Source: Rhizodiscina lignyota
Lineage: Eukaryota
Assembly: GCA_010015805.1 (NCBI GenBank)
Contig: ML978134.1
Location: 434,001-498,000 of the forward strand
Direction: 5' to 3'
Length of the DNA stretch: 64,000 nucleotides
The notes under the pieces were generated by a model. It was given only the letters and a program-made list of their open reading frames with translations. It searched no databases and was not told the DNA's origin. The first letter of the stretch is position 1; each line of letters opens with the position of its first letter. The position numbers and the translations under genes are program-made. This document shows positions 48,201 to 60,181 of this stretch, piece after piece.

Positions 48201-49032
48201 TGCAAAAGTCTCTGAGCTTGAGGGTAGAATTGCAGCTGGTGATGGTGCGCTCTTGAGCGAGGAGCTTGACCAAGAGAATGAGACGCTAACCAGGTGTCTA
48301 GATGATCAGCGAAAGGCATTGAAAGACCGTGAGGATGAGAACAAGCTGCTTAATGCCTCACTTCAGAACGCCTGGGACAAGATCAAGGAACTGGAGGCAC
48401 GTGGTCCACCATCCGCAGAAGAGCATACAGAGTCGTCAGACCAAGAAATACATCTTGCTTGCCAATCCCAAATCGGTATGCTAGAAGCGGAGCTCAAGAA
48501 GACAGAAGAGGATATCAGTGCCTTGTGCGTTGCGCTGAAGGGGGAGCGAAAGAAGGGCAAGGCGCCTCTCGTCGACGTGCCTTACATTGAACGGGGCCCG
48601 CTTCAAAATGGGAATGAGAAACCTGGCGACTCTGCTGAAGATATGGAGATCTTAGCAATGTGCAATGAAAAAAATGAAGATCGGGAGCGCTCCGAACATT
48701 TGCGCCAGCAGATCGCAATACGCAAAATCCCTACATCCGGACGGCAGCAATCTCCTCCTATCACCACGCCGTGGAGCGGACGAGTGCATGCAATGGTTGC
48801 GAACGTGCAAGCGGGTCTTAAAATAGGACTCGGACACATGAGAACGAAGAGCACAATAAAAGCGGAGAGACTACTTGCTGTAAAGGAGATAAAGAAGAGG
48901 AAGAAGGAGCAGGATCTGGAGATAAAGTGGATGAAAATTGAGGATAAGCAGAAGAGAGCGGAGTGGGAAAAGTTGTGGTTCACGATCAGTGGATGGACAA
49001 GGCCAGAGAACAGCCAGACTGATACTCCATAG
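45223..49032 (+). CDS. Large acidic, disordered and coiled-coil protein of unknown function (1269 aa)
   Basis: Uninterrupted 3.8-kb ORF; D/E/S-rich N-half, heptad-like C-half. Confidence 0.8.
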   Translation: MSEKQAVLNSGENNNEIAGDASASADTTGEHTVSPISETKASHLDENENQKPEDLVSDHETTDHEDEDDLYAPPPPRKNRTTTAAHLVDDPVTTETQNQRCSDISDEDELESRAAEKRESPVDLLHHFASSQSQGQDFPEASEPLLDPQDLAIVSNNAVLEPTSDDNIEIIGSPPVSLQHSDDIGEYASSVDVKNFKTGLKDTITKSTSDNRSMFDDSKRESEQRSEGTINGVSVDAKQPHVQALDVSQALGRSVDTQDSETEEAGLGVTIVDEETVQEPQSAGAEDKPADKEASDSTVVEYDPSVVLVEDPATVDDLEPELISAFSDTSSDESSKFDESPPDSPQESRHDENDIPSTDKSQGAAVFPEIYSGRDEDDQPPAIIAQALTSTFDPIVANDGTEEPASIIGDVTSPNNDPLHHPARSVSPLEEYPQSFALPRFHTDPRIGLVTGMGWDGDSPIGDFETWWRKRRDPRKQVRLRLNSLREKKKEGSTKSKFAVGASKLRDEVTIRDLEEAELELQREAKLAQEAFAKFDAAYYSEPERIVRPKPVRPPKRPLRPIQEDPSLDDIPERPKTALGFRDKEESDFLSMFPAVPRHDKGTNADAGLSNTSSFVEHNEAGETAESYIAEEAPDNAHDAQEESHQFVGNNMYDQYLPNPFDSTIQNAVNPALYDQWQEEGQLVLGSQQALRDKEEERRAAETELLEIRSDFGEVLEMREVPLQEHDDVKKEAWKVAIPPTFTIVEYMTEAGPATGKLQTAEAKKKYVDAGLQTESEQRTEILQTAEERKHVDASIQTEDQPATETSQIVEAREFVDVGLQTDPLPPERSEEDTQLLNHMRRENEEYKEGLGSLQLVLAMRENENGELKQGLQSITEQLAGCENNIVDKTAEVEVRGKTIASLRDQLAQTMGSVVLSQEEKDQLVEHLDGIKKVMTEEILATKQEMAEDEAQTPAFLKSVSSVRRHSKGSFEIGEENQHPEVGKIKAELEEARAKVSELEGRIAAGDGALLSEELDQENETLTRCLDDQRKALKDREDENKLLNASLQNAWDKIKELEARGPPSAEEHTESSDQEIHLACQSQIGMLEAELKKTEEDISALCVALKGERKKGKAPLVDVPYIERGPLQNGNEKPGDSAEDMEILAMCNEKNEDRERSEHLRQQIAIRKIPTSGRQQSPPITTPWSGRVHAMVANVQAGLKIGLGHMRTKSTIKAERLLAVKEIKKRKKEQDLEIKWMKIEDKQKRAEWEKLWFTISGWTRPENSQTDTP
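47494..47690 (+). repeat. Three imperfect ~72-75 bp coding repeats with VD(A/V)(G/S)(L/I)QT
   Basis: LQTAEAKKKYVDAGLQTESEQRTEI / LQTAEERKHVDASIQTEDQPATET / SQIVEAREFVDVGLQTD; similarity is also visible in the DNA. Confidence 0.85.
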
Positions 49033-50276
49033 ATAATCGATTCATGCAACTATACGGAAGTCAGATGGAAGATTGTTTCGCTGAATAAAAATCATGTCAT
49101 GCATGTTTGGAACGCAATTTCAAGTCAAAGCCAAATGGTGAAACACTCGCTTTCTCCAGAGTCTGCTCGAAGGGCCCAAGGAGATGATGCGCATGTTTGA
49201 ACGAACGCTCCGCCACGGGGGACTCCAGATCCTAGAATTGAGTGCCTTTGGAAATTCCCTTTCCGAGTTAACAGCTCCAGTGGCTGGCTTCGAGAGTGTG
49301 AGTCGGGAAGTATCCAGTTCAAAGTGTGGCCAGATGGTGGGAAGACACTGAAGAGGCACTACTTTTCTCGAGTCAAACTTTGTAGAACGTCGGAGACGGA
49401 AGCATAACTCTGAATACAATAGGAGACTGTAGAAATCAGTGATCGGGCCCGAGACTGTCCTCCGATGATGCCCAACGGTAAGTACATAGTACGGAGTGTG
49501 AGAGTTGACCGGAGTCCCAATACAATCAAGCTTGACGTTCACGTACGGGGCGAGCCAAGTACACGTGTCGACTTTCATGGCTCACGAACTTCCTCAGTGT
49601 TAGTTGTGAAAGGTGAAGAGCAAGCTCCATGCGGCAACGAACTGTACGGTGGACGCGCGTGTTGTGGTAGAAGGATAGGAGACAGCTCAGCCCTCACGGC
49701 GCTTTCGTTCTTCACGTAATCAGCGAATCACGGCTTGGCACCGCCTGGCCCACCGCGCAAGAGCCCACTCCCACCACCACAACCTCCCATTCGTGACTGC
49801 TTGCTTGCCTACTAATCCTCCCCACACCACCACACGAGACAACCAAAACTCGATCGAGTCTCGACGCTTACCGTTACCCTTTACCTGGCCTCTTTATTCA
49901 CTCGCCAACCAAGAGCGCACAACGGTTGCGCCGCGGCCTCGTTTTCCCGACTCCCCACCAAATCCCCACGATAGCCTCATGTGGATATAGGCACACCGTT
50001 GTAGCGCTCTTGGAGCCTACCACAATCCATCACGACTTTCACTTCACCACCTTTTACATCTCCCTGCCCACACCTTCCTACCTCCGCCGCCGGCCCACTG
50101 CCTTCCCGCGGCACTCCACCTCCGTTTCGCACTTTGACTCTTAATTCCATCGCTCCTTCACCGTGGCACTCTCCGTGCGCTACCACTTCGACATAGACCT
50201 CTACCATCTGCGCATCGAAAAGAACGATAGCGGCCCTGAACCGCAACCAGCTCGAGACATACCTCAACCCGAAACA

Positions 50277-51470
50277 ATGTCCTCCTCGTCTCAAGTTGGT
50301 GAATCATGGATTTCGTCCTTCTGCGGCCTTCTAGGGCACGAATACTTCGCAGAGGTCTCAGAGGAGTTCATAGAAGACGACTTCAACCTCACCGGGCTGC
50401 AGTCGCAGGTACCGATGTACAAGGAAGCGCTGGAGATGATCCTCGACGTCGAGCCAGAGGAAGACGATGATGACGAAGAGGAGGAGGAAGATGAGGAAGA
50501 CGAGGACGATCTCCTCGGCGATGAAAGGCCAGCCGGATATCAGCGCGCCGCCAACAACAGGAAGCACATTCGGATGCCTAGCGACCTTAGCATGATAGAG
50601 AGTTCAGCAGAGCTGCTATACGGCCTCATACATCAGCGCTACATCACGTCACGGCCAGGTATACAGCAGATGCTGGAGAAGTATGAGCTGTGCCATTTTG
50701 GGGCGTGTCCGAGAGTTTACTGCAACGCTTGCAAGGTATTGCCGGTGGGTTGCAGCGACACGCCGGGCCAAGACACGGTCAAGCTGTTCTGCCCAAGTTG
50801 TCTTGATGTCTACACACCTCCAAACAGTCGCTTCCAAACGGTCGACGGCGCTTTCTTCGGTACAACATTCGGCTGCCTCTTCTTCATGACGTTTCCTGAG
50901 CTGGAAATTGGCAATCCTCCCTCAACACCACGAGCCACTACATCGATATCTGATCCCTTCGCAAGCACTACCGTACAGGCCGGCTCGTCGGTGCAGACAC
51001 TTGCAACGCGTCAGCAACCCAACCAAGTACCAGAAGGCCAGCCATCAGTCATCAACGGTGTCACCCCTTCGAATTTGGCACCTGGCTTAGGTCCTGGGAA
51101 CATTTACGAGCCGCGCATCTACGGATTCAGAGTGTCAGAACGAGCGCGATCAGGTCCCCGCATGCAATGGCTACGTGATCGCCCGATTAACATAAACGAG
51201 CTGGATGAAACGAGTAGATTTCACGATGACACTACATACTCAGAAGACGAAGGCTCAACCCTACATGAAGAGCGAGAGGTCGAGGAGGACGAGAGAGAAA
51301 GCGTCGATCAGCAAATGGCTGATGCGTCGCAGACACCAGAGCAGAGTGGGAGGCGGAAGAAGGCACCAATGAGACGCAGGAAGAGTGCGAATGTGCCGGT
51401 TGTAGTTCCGACCAGTAATGGCGGGGCCGTGACCCCGATGGAGACGAATGGCGTTGGAGACGCGGGTTGA
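50277..51470 (+). CDS. ckb1: Casein kinase II regulatory subunit beta 1
   Basis: [49 protein letters not shown]...[21 protein letters not shown]. Confidence 0.96.
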   Translation: MSSSSQVGESWISSFCGLLGHEYFAEVSEEFIEDDFNLTGLQSQVPMYKEALEMILDVEPEEDDDDEEEEEDEEDEDDLLGDERPAGYQRAANNRKHIRMPSDLSMIESSAELLYGLIHQRYITSRPGIQQMLEKYELCHFGACPRVYCNACKVLPVGCSDTPGQDTVKLFCPSCLDVYTPPNSRFQTVDGAFFGTTFGCLFFMTFPELEIGNPPSTPRATTSISDPFASTTVQAGSSVQTLATRQQPNQVPEGQPSVINGVTPSNLAPGLGPGNIYEPRIYGFRVSERARSGPRMQWLRDRPININELDETSRFHDDTTYSEDEGSTLHEEREVEEDERESVDQQMADASQTPEQSGRRKKAPMRRRKSANVPVVVPTSNGGAVTPMETNGVGDAG

Positions 51471-51941
51471 TTGATGAGGCGATGTTTCATGAGTGAAGAA
51501 GGACGAGAGTAACGATGTGTACTTCCTGTTGGCGCTGTTGAACAGCTGGGCTATATGCTGGAGGAGCAAGGCGCCGGCTGGTATACTGACTCCGGCTTGC
51601 CGGAATTTTGAGGTGGGATGGAAAAACGAATTTTTCTGCATGAGCAACGGGTGCATGATGGCGTTCTTCACTTCTCTTTCAACCTTTTTGCGCCCATGAC
51701 ATTTGTGTTTCTTCTCGCAGGGCACTCTTAAATGGAGACCTTAGGGCTCTTTGATTCATTTAAATCTTCTCTGGCCATTTCCTTCAGAGTTTACATGCTC
51801 GCGACTGCTAGATGTGGGTTCTGACCCGCTCACTACACTTCTCCAGTGGATAATATTGAAGAATGTGGAGATCAATTGTCCGAGGACTTTCTTGCACCCC
51901 GAACCGCTTCAGCAGAGTCAGAGAGTGATGTTCTTGCCACA

Positions 51942-52934
51942 TTAAAGTATCACCTTTCCATTGTTCGAGGCCCTGAGCTCACTTCGCTTTCCCCCTGTGC
52001 TGCTGCTGGGCGCATCGCCGCCTGTCCAGATGACCCTGGTCTTTCCCTTCTTCTTCACGATACATTCTTCCGGGGCAGTCAGAGTTTCTCCGTCATACTC
52101 AATCCCACCATAGCCATTTTGCGATGATTCACCAGTTACGTCCGGTGTGATCAGCAAGCTCTCCTCTGTGTCTTCAGCGCCCTCGACCTGCTCTCCGGCT
52201 TCAATGTCAGCCCCAGCACCGCTCTTCGCACTCTTCATCCACCGCGGCAGTCTGTCCTTAATCGACTGATTCAACGCTGCCACAACTGCCGTAGGACTCC
52301 CTTCTCCACTCCCCTCTCCGTCCTCCCGCTCGTCCCCACCCTCGTCCCCACCCTCCTCTCCACCATCAACAAACCCACATCGTGGACATGGCTCGGCGAC
52401 GCGGCGCTTCTCCCACCGCTGCTTCAGCCTAGCCATCAGCTCCTTCCAGAATGACCCTGCATACAGCAAGCTACACACGAATATCGCTAGCGCCGCCCAC
52501 GCTTGGAAGATGAGATTCGAGGAAGGTTGGTAGCCGCCGTACGTGGCAACCCGCAGCACGACCCAAAAGGTCCAATGGAAGACGACAGCGAATATGGCGT
52601 CCCAGATGAGGAGAGTGAGGCGGGGCCATTCTTTCGGGTCTCTGGCGTGTGACAGAGTGATAGAGGGGTTGGGTAAGGACGGGGGGGTACCACGGCCGGA
52701 AGTAGTCGGAGAGTGAAGGGACCATGTGAAGAGGTCGTAGAGGACGTAGATGATGGATGCGAGGCAGAGGATTATCGACCAGATGAAGGGTCCGGTTTCG
52801 TACGGGCTCATGTTGGGGATTGAGAAGAGGCAGAGGAAGACGCCGATGGCACAGGTGATGAGGAGGCCAAGGCGGAGAGGATAGATGGGATGAGATTTGA
52901 ACTTTGGTGGAAGAGGGCTAGAGGAGCGGGGCAT
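51942..52934 (-). CDS. Hypothetical integral membrane protein (~4 TM, acidic C-terminal tail)
   Basis: 330-aa ORF with four hydrophobic segments followed by CPRC and an acidic tail. Confidence 0.7.
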   Translation of the reverse strand: MPRSSSPLPPKFKSHPIYPLRLGLLITCAIGVFLCLFSIPNMSPYETGPFIWSIILCLASIIYVLYDLFTWSLHSPTTSGRGTPPSLPNPSITLSHARDPKEWPRLTLLIWDAIFAVVFHWTFWVVLRVATYGGYQPSSNLIFQAWAALAIFVCSLLYAGSFWKELMARLKQRWEKRRVAEPCPRCGFVDGGEEGGDEGGDEREDGEGSGEGSPTAVVAALNQSIKDRLPRWMKSAKSGAGADIEAGEQVEGAEDTEESLLITPDVTGESSQNGYGGIEYDGETLTAPEECIVKKKGKTRVIWTGGDAPSSSTGGKRSELRASNNGKVIL

Positions 52935-53743
52935 TTTGAGGATCTCAGCGTAGAATTGGCCGCCAATCCAAAAGTGAGTATATATTTTCTAAATCAGAGG
53001 AAACGACATATCATGACTTGAGCAGTTCAGACATCCAGTGAGCAAAACTTATGAGAGCGATAAAGAGACTCTTTGACGAGAACAGGAGACGTAGATTATT
53101 TACGTTTGCCTAGCAGAAAGGATTGAAGGCATTGCTGCCTTAGTATCAGGGCGGAGTAATAATGCTAAGTGTCCTTCCAGAAGTGAGTCGAAGCCGAATC
53201 CTTCGACAAGCCACTCGTGCCAGGCGATGGCTGTGGACACCTCGTCAACAACGTCGTTTCAGATCCTACAGAATTCCATCATATTACTGGCATGGCGGTG
53301 CCCGCGGAGAGATGGAGCTCTTGTAGGATCTTAAATATGATTGGCCATATAGAAAGCCAGAATACATGATTGCTCGAAGTCACCCACAAGGTCCGAGCAT
53401 GTCCTGCTCCCGCGCTCTCTTGCCATGTAATATGAATCAAATTCTCAAAGAATACCATCTGAGAAGATTGGAAAGAAGTGAGAGTAGTAGAACACCTGTT
53501 CAAAATAAAAATGCGTACGGTGACAGTTGCAAGTAGCGGAGCCTTGTCCGAGGGAATTTGAAGACCCTTGCAGCTCTTCGTGGCTTGTGACGTCGTCTCC
53601 TCTCTTCAACTCGTTTGATGTAACCGAACAACGACACTTCAAACCCTCAGTTTCGATATTTGATACAAGCTCAACTTTTCTGACCTTTGATTTTAACCTT
53701 TTCCTTTCTCTCCACCTTCCCAGTCCGTGCGACAATTGTCAAC

Positions 53744-54494
53744 ATGGCGGAGCTCATAGACTTCAGCCAGCAGAGCTTCTGGAGTATGAGGCGCATCCAG
53801 TTCCCAATTGTTCAGCACTGACATTCTAAAGTATGCGCGTTGTCAATCGTATTCAATCCATTGTTCTGGAAGTACGTCAATTGTCCCAGTTCCGTGATAT
53901 TAAATTGCTAACCAAAGCCACAGCATCGCTGCAAGACAAGGTACATCGCCGGCCGACCTGCCTACCAGAATTACAACATACTGAACACCATTAGAATACC
54001 ACAACAAAGTGATAACCAAGCTCTTCGGCGGCAACTCCCTCTACGGCTGCTATGCCCTCGCCGCAACAATCTTCCTCCTCGGCGTCCTGCGCGACTCGCT
54101 CTTCACCACCGCCCTGCTCAACCAACCCATCCACCCGCTCCTCACTTCCCCGCTCATCGCACCCGTCGCAGTCGCACTTTTTTCAAGCGGCACTATTCTC
54201 GTCCTATCCTCCATGTGGGCACTCGGGCTCACAGGGACGTACCTGGGCGACTACTTTGGCATCCTGATGGACGCCAAAGTGACGAGTTTCCCGTTTAATA
54301 TCACGGATGCGCCGATGTACATTGGCAGCACGATGAACTTCTTGGGTACGGCGCTGTGGTATGGGCGGCCGGCGGGACTGCTGTTGACGGGACTGGTGTA
54401 TTTGTGCTACAAGGTTGCGCTGACATTCGAGGATCCGTTCACAGGGGAGATATATGCGAAGAGGGAGAGGGAGAGGGGAAAGAAGACATCATGA
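53744..54494 (+). CDS. opi3: Phospholipid (phosphatidyl-N-methylethanolamine) N-methyltransferase; 3 introns
   Basis: Spliced IVFNPLFWNIAARQEYHNK; LGLTGTYLGDYFGILM, FPFNITDAPMYIGST, FEDPFTGEIY. Confidence 0.95.
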
Positions 54495-54823
54495 TTAGAG
54501 AGGACAGTCCGACTTCACCAGGAAAGGGATCAGAATAGATGCGGAAAATGGCTTGGACGGAGGAGGTTGGAATGCCATAGATTGTACATTCACAAAAGCA
54601 GGATATCCTCATTTATACTTTGGCTCATTGTTATGGAGTAATTCAGGTTATTCCTTGTGAATTGCCTAGCATATTTAACATTGCCAATAATAAAAGCAAT
54701 TCGGATCAACTATCCCTTTCTCATTTTAGTTACTCCCCATTCCCCAAAACACCAAAGCTATAAGGCATCAAGCCGTGTCATTGTCTGACCGCTCCAATCA
54801 TCTTCTGGTTTTTCGACGTTGAG

Positions 54824-56444
54824 TCACTCCTCGCCCTCAAGTGGAGCCTCCTCATCATATTCCTCCTCACCCTCAGACACAGAGGCCTCCTGGTACTGCT
54901 GGTACTCAGAGACCAGATCGTTCATATTGCTCTCAGCCTCGGTGAATTCCATCTCGTCCATGCCCTCACCAGTGTACCAATGCAAGAAAGCCTTGCGCCT
55001 AAACATAGCAGTGAACTGGTCACCGACACGCTTGAAGAGCTCCTGGATAGAAGTGCTGTTGCCGACAAACGTGGACGACATCTTAAGGCCACGAGGCGGG
55101 ATGGAGCAGAGTGCGGTCTGGACGTTGTTGGGGATCCACTCGACGAAGTACGAGGAGTTCTTGTTCTGGACGTTGCGGACCTGGTCCTCAACCTCCTTCA
55201 TCGAGACCTTGCCGCGGAAGATGGCAGAGCAGGTCAGGTAGCGACCATTGCGGAAGTCAGAGGCGGCCATCATGTTCTTGGGGTCGAACATCTGCTGAGT
55301 GAGCTCAGGAACAGTGACAGCGCGGAAAGAGTGCGCGCCACGGCTAGTCAGAGGAGCGAAGCCGACCATGAAGAAGTGAAGACGAGGGAACGGAACCATG
55401 TTGACGGCCAACTTGCGGAGATCAGAGTTGAGCTGGCCAGGGAAACGCAGGCAGGTAGTGACACCAGACATCACGGCAGACACGAGGTGGTTCAGGTCGC
55501 CATAGGAGGGGTTGTTGAGCTTGAGAGTCCTCATGCAGATGTCGTACAACGCCTCATTGTCAATGCAGAAGGTCTCGTCCGAGTTCTCGACAAGCTGGTG
55601 GACTGAGAGCGTAGCGTTGTATGGCTCAACAACAGTGTCAGACACCTTAGGGGATGGAACGACGGAGAAAGTCGCCATCATGCGGTCAGGGAATTCCTCA
55701 CGAATCTTGGAGATCAAGAGGGTACCCATACCAGCACCAGTACCACCACCAAGAGAGTGAGTGATCTGGAAGCCCTGGAGGCAGTCGCAGCCCTCAGCCT
55801 CACGGCGCACAACGTCGAGAACTTGGTCAACGAGCTCAGCACCCTCAGTGTAGTGCCCCTTGGCCCAGTTGTTGCCTGCACCGGACTGACCGAAGACGAA
55901 GTTGTCGGGACGGAAGAGCTGCCCAAAGGGACCAGCGCGGACAGCATCCATGGTACCAGGCTCCAGGTCGACGAGGACGGCACGAGGGACGAACTTGTTG
56001 CCAGAGGCCTGTGAAATGTGAGACATGAGCAAGCTGAGGTGTTTGAGGAAAATTTACCTCATTGAAGTATACGTTCATGCGCTCCAGCTGGAGGTCAGAG
56101 GTACCATTGTAGCTAGACGTCATTAGTTTCGAGCGCAAGGTATGTGGCAGAGTTGAGCGAAACTTACACGCCAGCGCCGTCAAGGCCATGCTCGCCAGAG
56201 ATGGTTTGCCTGTTTATGTCTCGTTAGCGCGTTGTAGAGTCGAAAACCTTTCGCCTTCTACGCACCAGAAGGCAGCGCCGATCTGATTGCCGCATTGGCC
56301 GGTCTGGAGGTGAACCTGTAGCAAGAAAACCGAGCGTTAGCAGCTGTTCGCGATGATTTGATGTGTTTCTGCCTAGAGGGGCACGATAGGGGCGTTGGTG
56401 TCAACAATGCACGATAATAAACAGACACTTACGATTTCGCGCAT
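54824..56444 (-). CDS. tub2: Beta-tubulin; several 5' introns
   Basis: MREI start exon, [17 protein letters not shown], acidic C-terminus; E198/F200 are wild type ([11 protein letters not shown]). Confidence 0.99.
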
Positions 56445-56894
56445 TTTGATGAAGATTCACGCGTCCTGACGTTTGACAAACGAGTCCAATGAGGTAGAAA
56501 GCTGAGAAGAGAGGCAGGTTGTGTGGGGAGAGTGGATGGTGGAGGTGGAGGATTGCGGTGAGGGAAGAATGTTTTGGGTCGTTGGCGTCGGTGCGAGAGC
56601 TCGGGCCACACGCATTAGCGCGACTTCGCTTCAAGCATCAACATCAACGCACACTCCGTTACTCAGGCAGCTGCAATTCGGTGTCTACCGGCTGTGTTCA
56701 GAAGCTCTGAAGCAGGCACAGAAGACGGATGGATTCCATTTTGAAGCATTCAGTGCCGATGCCAATGCTTCTACATAAACTACGAAATCTAAGCCATCAT
56801 ATCATTCCCCGAGCATGCTATGCGAACAGCCGAAGACGTGCAGGTCCATGGGTATATCGCGCCACAGTGATCAAGGCATTTCACTCCAAGTTCT

Positions 56895-58029
56895 TTACAG
56901 ACTTTTCTTTCCATTCATTGCCGTTTTATCATTCCTTACGATAACTGGTAGAGACGTTAACATGCGTGGCCAGACGAGTTTGTATTCGTCTTGTTCTCCG
57001 TTCAGGCAATGGCGTAGCCAGATGCCCCAGGTGATGTAGAAGTATGCTCCAATTCCTGTCATCAAGTGCCTGTGGAACGTTTAGCTCGTTCGTCCAATGA
57101 AGGGAATTTTCAACATACCACCATCCGTGACCCTCCAGGAATATTCCCCAAGGCAAACCAATCTCTCTTCTCCAGCGCCTGATGGTTGTGCAGTATTTGT
57201 TATCCAGGTTCCAGATTGCAAAGCCACCCAGGAATATGCTCAATCCACACGCGATCATGATCCACATTGTTCGAAGAATCTCGCCGTCCCGACGATCCTG
57301 TCGCTCAAACTCCCTCACCTTATCCATCTCTGGCATGCTTCCATTTTGCTTAGCTGCACGTTCCTTTGCTGTCTTTTGCAGAGATGGCCGCAAGTTTACC
57401 TCCATAACGTATAAGCTCCGGAACAGGACGATTGCTGTGAGCAGCGCATATGCGTTCTGATGGAAGGAGGGGTCTTGGAGGTAGTGGTAGTAGAGCGAGA
57501 TGAAAAGCGCCAGGCCCGTTAAGAAGACGCCCATGAAGATTGAGGATGTTAGAGATTTGCCGTAGGAGAAGGTCGCGTGAAACATGAGGCATGTGGTATA
57601 GATCATCGAAAGTTCGTCAACAAGTTGCATTGGGTCTGCCATCAATTGTCAGCTGGTCCGCACCTGAGCACGGGAGGAAAGGTGGATAGAAGCCACTCAC
57701 ATTTCAAGGTGGTATGGAATGCAAAGCTTCCTGATCCAACAATCAGATATCCCACGAAAGTTACGAGGAATATCCTGTCGTGTCCATTTTGCAGGCAGTT
57801 TCGGATGCCTACGAAGGCGAGGGACATGAACAATAGGTTCGTGAGAGTATTGACAATCTCCGCAGCGTATATAGTTGCATAGTAGTCCTATTCGATGTTT
57901 AGCCTGCGTATGTTGTCCATCTGATGACTTTGTACCTACCTCCTCACACCAGTTGATCGTGGAGGTCACTGGCGACCAGTATCCTTCCCGCGCAGGTCCA
58001 TACGGTAGCGATGGAAGCCACGAAGGCAT
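56895..58029 (-). CDS. Alkaline ceramidase (Ypc1/Ydc1 family); 3 introns
   Basis: WSPVTSTINWCEEDY, GSFAFHTTLKYPMQLVDELSMIY, LEGHGWWHLMTG. Confidence 0.94.
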
Positions 58030-58427
58030 GACGACAGATTTTGAGCGAAAGCAAAGAATTGGCAACGGTGGGCGAACTGGCTGGTACAAATAAGGTACCT
58101 GTCAGAACAAATCCGGAACCGGCGGATGCTCTAGTGGCTTAACACGGCTGATCGAACGCCATAGCCAGCGCTGCAAATGATCAGGTAAGTGAGGGAGACG
58201 AGCGAAGCGATATCAAGGTTCGCTGGAGAAGAGAACTCCGAAATCCTGAGGCAGAGATTTATTTTCTGTGCCCAAGGCTGACCAGAAGACATCGGCCGCT
58301 GAAAGGTGCGTCATTGTCTTGGCGCCCGGCCCGATTTGGCGACAAGGCTGATCACGTGCAACCACTGCCGATCTAAGCTGTCGTCCGAAGCTGTTCAAAC
58401 ATTACACATACCTCGAGGACAGCGAAG

Positions 58428-58904
58428 ATGTCGATACCGAACGAAGCATTGCAAAAGGTATGATATTACAGTTCCAAAGTTAGTTTCCTGTTTGCTCACT
58501 CTCCTCTCCAGCTGCTGCTTGAGCTTGAACAGAGCGCGGCCCAATCTCAACAGCAAATATCAGCGGTGAAGCAGCAAATAGCACTGAAAGGCCGCGAGAG
58601 TCGCATGCTCCAGCTTACTAAAGGAGAAGTGGAATCCTTACCTAAGGATACTAAAGTTTACGAAGGAGTCGGCAAGATGTGCGACACCACCTCTTACCTG
58701 TCCAGGCCGAATCTAAAATACTGATACTGGAGGTGCAGGTTTGTGATGACTCCGGCGGACGAAGTAAAGCAGAGACTTTCAACAGAGGATAGCGAGTTGA
58801 AGTCTGACGTGTCAAGCCTGGAAAAGAGGCTGCAGTATTTGGAAACGACATTCAAGAACAGCCGGCAAAATCTGGACAAGGTGCTCAAAGCGGGTGGTGG
58901 GTGA
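58428..58904 (+). CDS. pfd1: Prefoldin subunit 1 (beta); 2 introns
   Basis: Spliced MSIPNEALQKLLLELEQ...KVYEGVGKMFV...LEKRLQYLETTFKNSRQNL. Confidence 0.92.
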
Positions 58905-60181
58905 ACTCCAAGCGGCCGCATTTGCGTACGCTCCCCCGGTTGGTCTCTTCAGAGCGATTCCGGAGCTTCTTCCATAGTATCTTCAGCAATCTTTCGATAT
59001 GAAAGGCGCCCAAGTCCAGTGGATGATGAATGGACAACGTGGCCAACCAATCCTTCCAGAGAATATTATGGCCGTCTGGATCAGGGCAGACACAATTTCT
59101 CTTCTATCAACCTCATGCACCATTTTGGCTCCCAAATGTCTGGCAGAGCCTCATCATGTAATTTAGAAGTGCATTACGTGCTCTCCACAAGCTAGCTCAA
59201 GCTCTTCCCTGCGGAAGGAGCTGCGGCAGAGACACTGGGCGAATGGTCGGCGAGCTACTCCCGCTATCGAAGCAGGGGCTACATTGGCATTGCGGGCGTC
59301 CTTCTAGATCCAGTTGGCGGCCATGTTATAGCAACAGTTTCAGAAATTATCAACGCGCTTGCCACTGCCCTATCTGTCTGGATCAGTCACCATGGGAAAT
59401 TCTCGTAAAGTCGCCGCCGTGTTTCGCGAGGTCCCAAAGATAGCCGCGAATTGATTGGACGACTTCGCGAAGGCGATGGACCGTCCCGGCCGAGCATCGG
59501 ACGGAACGAACCTGTATCCCCATCTTCTACAAGAGGGGTCTTTTTGTGCTCTTTTTCTCAGCGGCGATCGCTCATATTGCTTACAAAGGCCGCGGCATCA
59601 AGGCGGCGCACGATCAAACGCCGCAGAGATGGAAGGTTGTGTACGCAACTTACCGGAGACAAGATGTGAGGCACAAGGAAAGAGGCGCACAAGCGCTACC
59701 CAAACGCTACTCAGTTCGGCAACCTGCCACACCTAGAGCGCTGTCAGCTGCGGCTAGCGCATGGATCATTAGATGCAATCATGGAGGTGTGCAGTGGTGG
59801 GGGCTGGAATGGTCCGGTCTGTGGCATTAAAAGCAGGACGGCTGCGCCCTTCTCATTGAATGCAAACGAGAGTCACTTGGTCATCCGCGTTTTTCTCTTT
59901 TCTTGCGTTGAGCTTGCGCGTGTCGTCTCACCGGTCACTTGCGTTTTCCTTTCTCGTCACGCTGCGGAAGAGCGCCTCTCTGCCTAGCCACCAATCACCC
60001 CGCCTCGCGCATATCTGCAACTTGCAAATCGTCCCATAATTTTCTTTCAGCTCTTGAAGTTTGAAGCTGCGAAATTTCACTTATCTCTCAGCTTGATCGC
60101 CTAAAAATCACTATTCACATTTGATCCTAGCTTGGCGACGAAGTCTCTATTCGCCTTTCGTCTCAGCTCACGTGCCCCACC

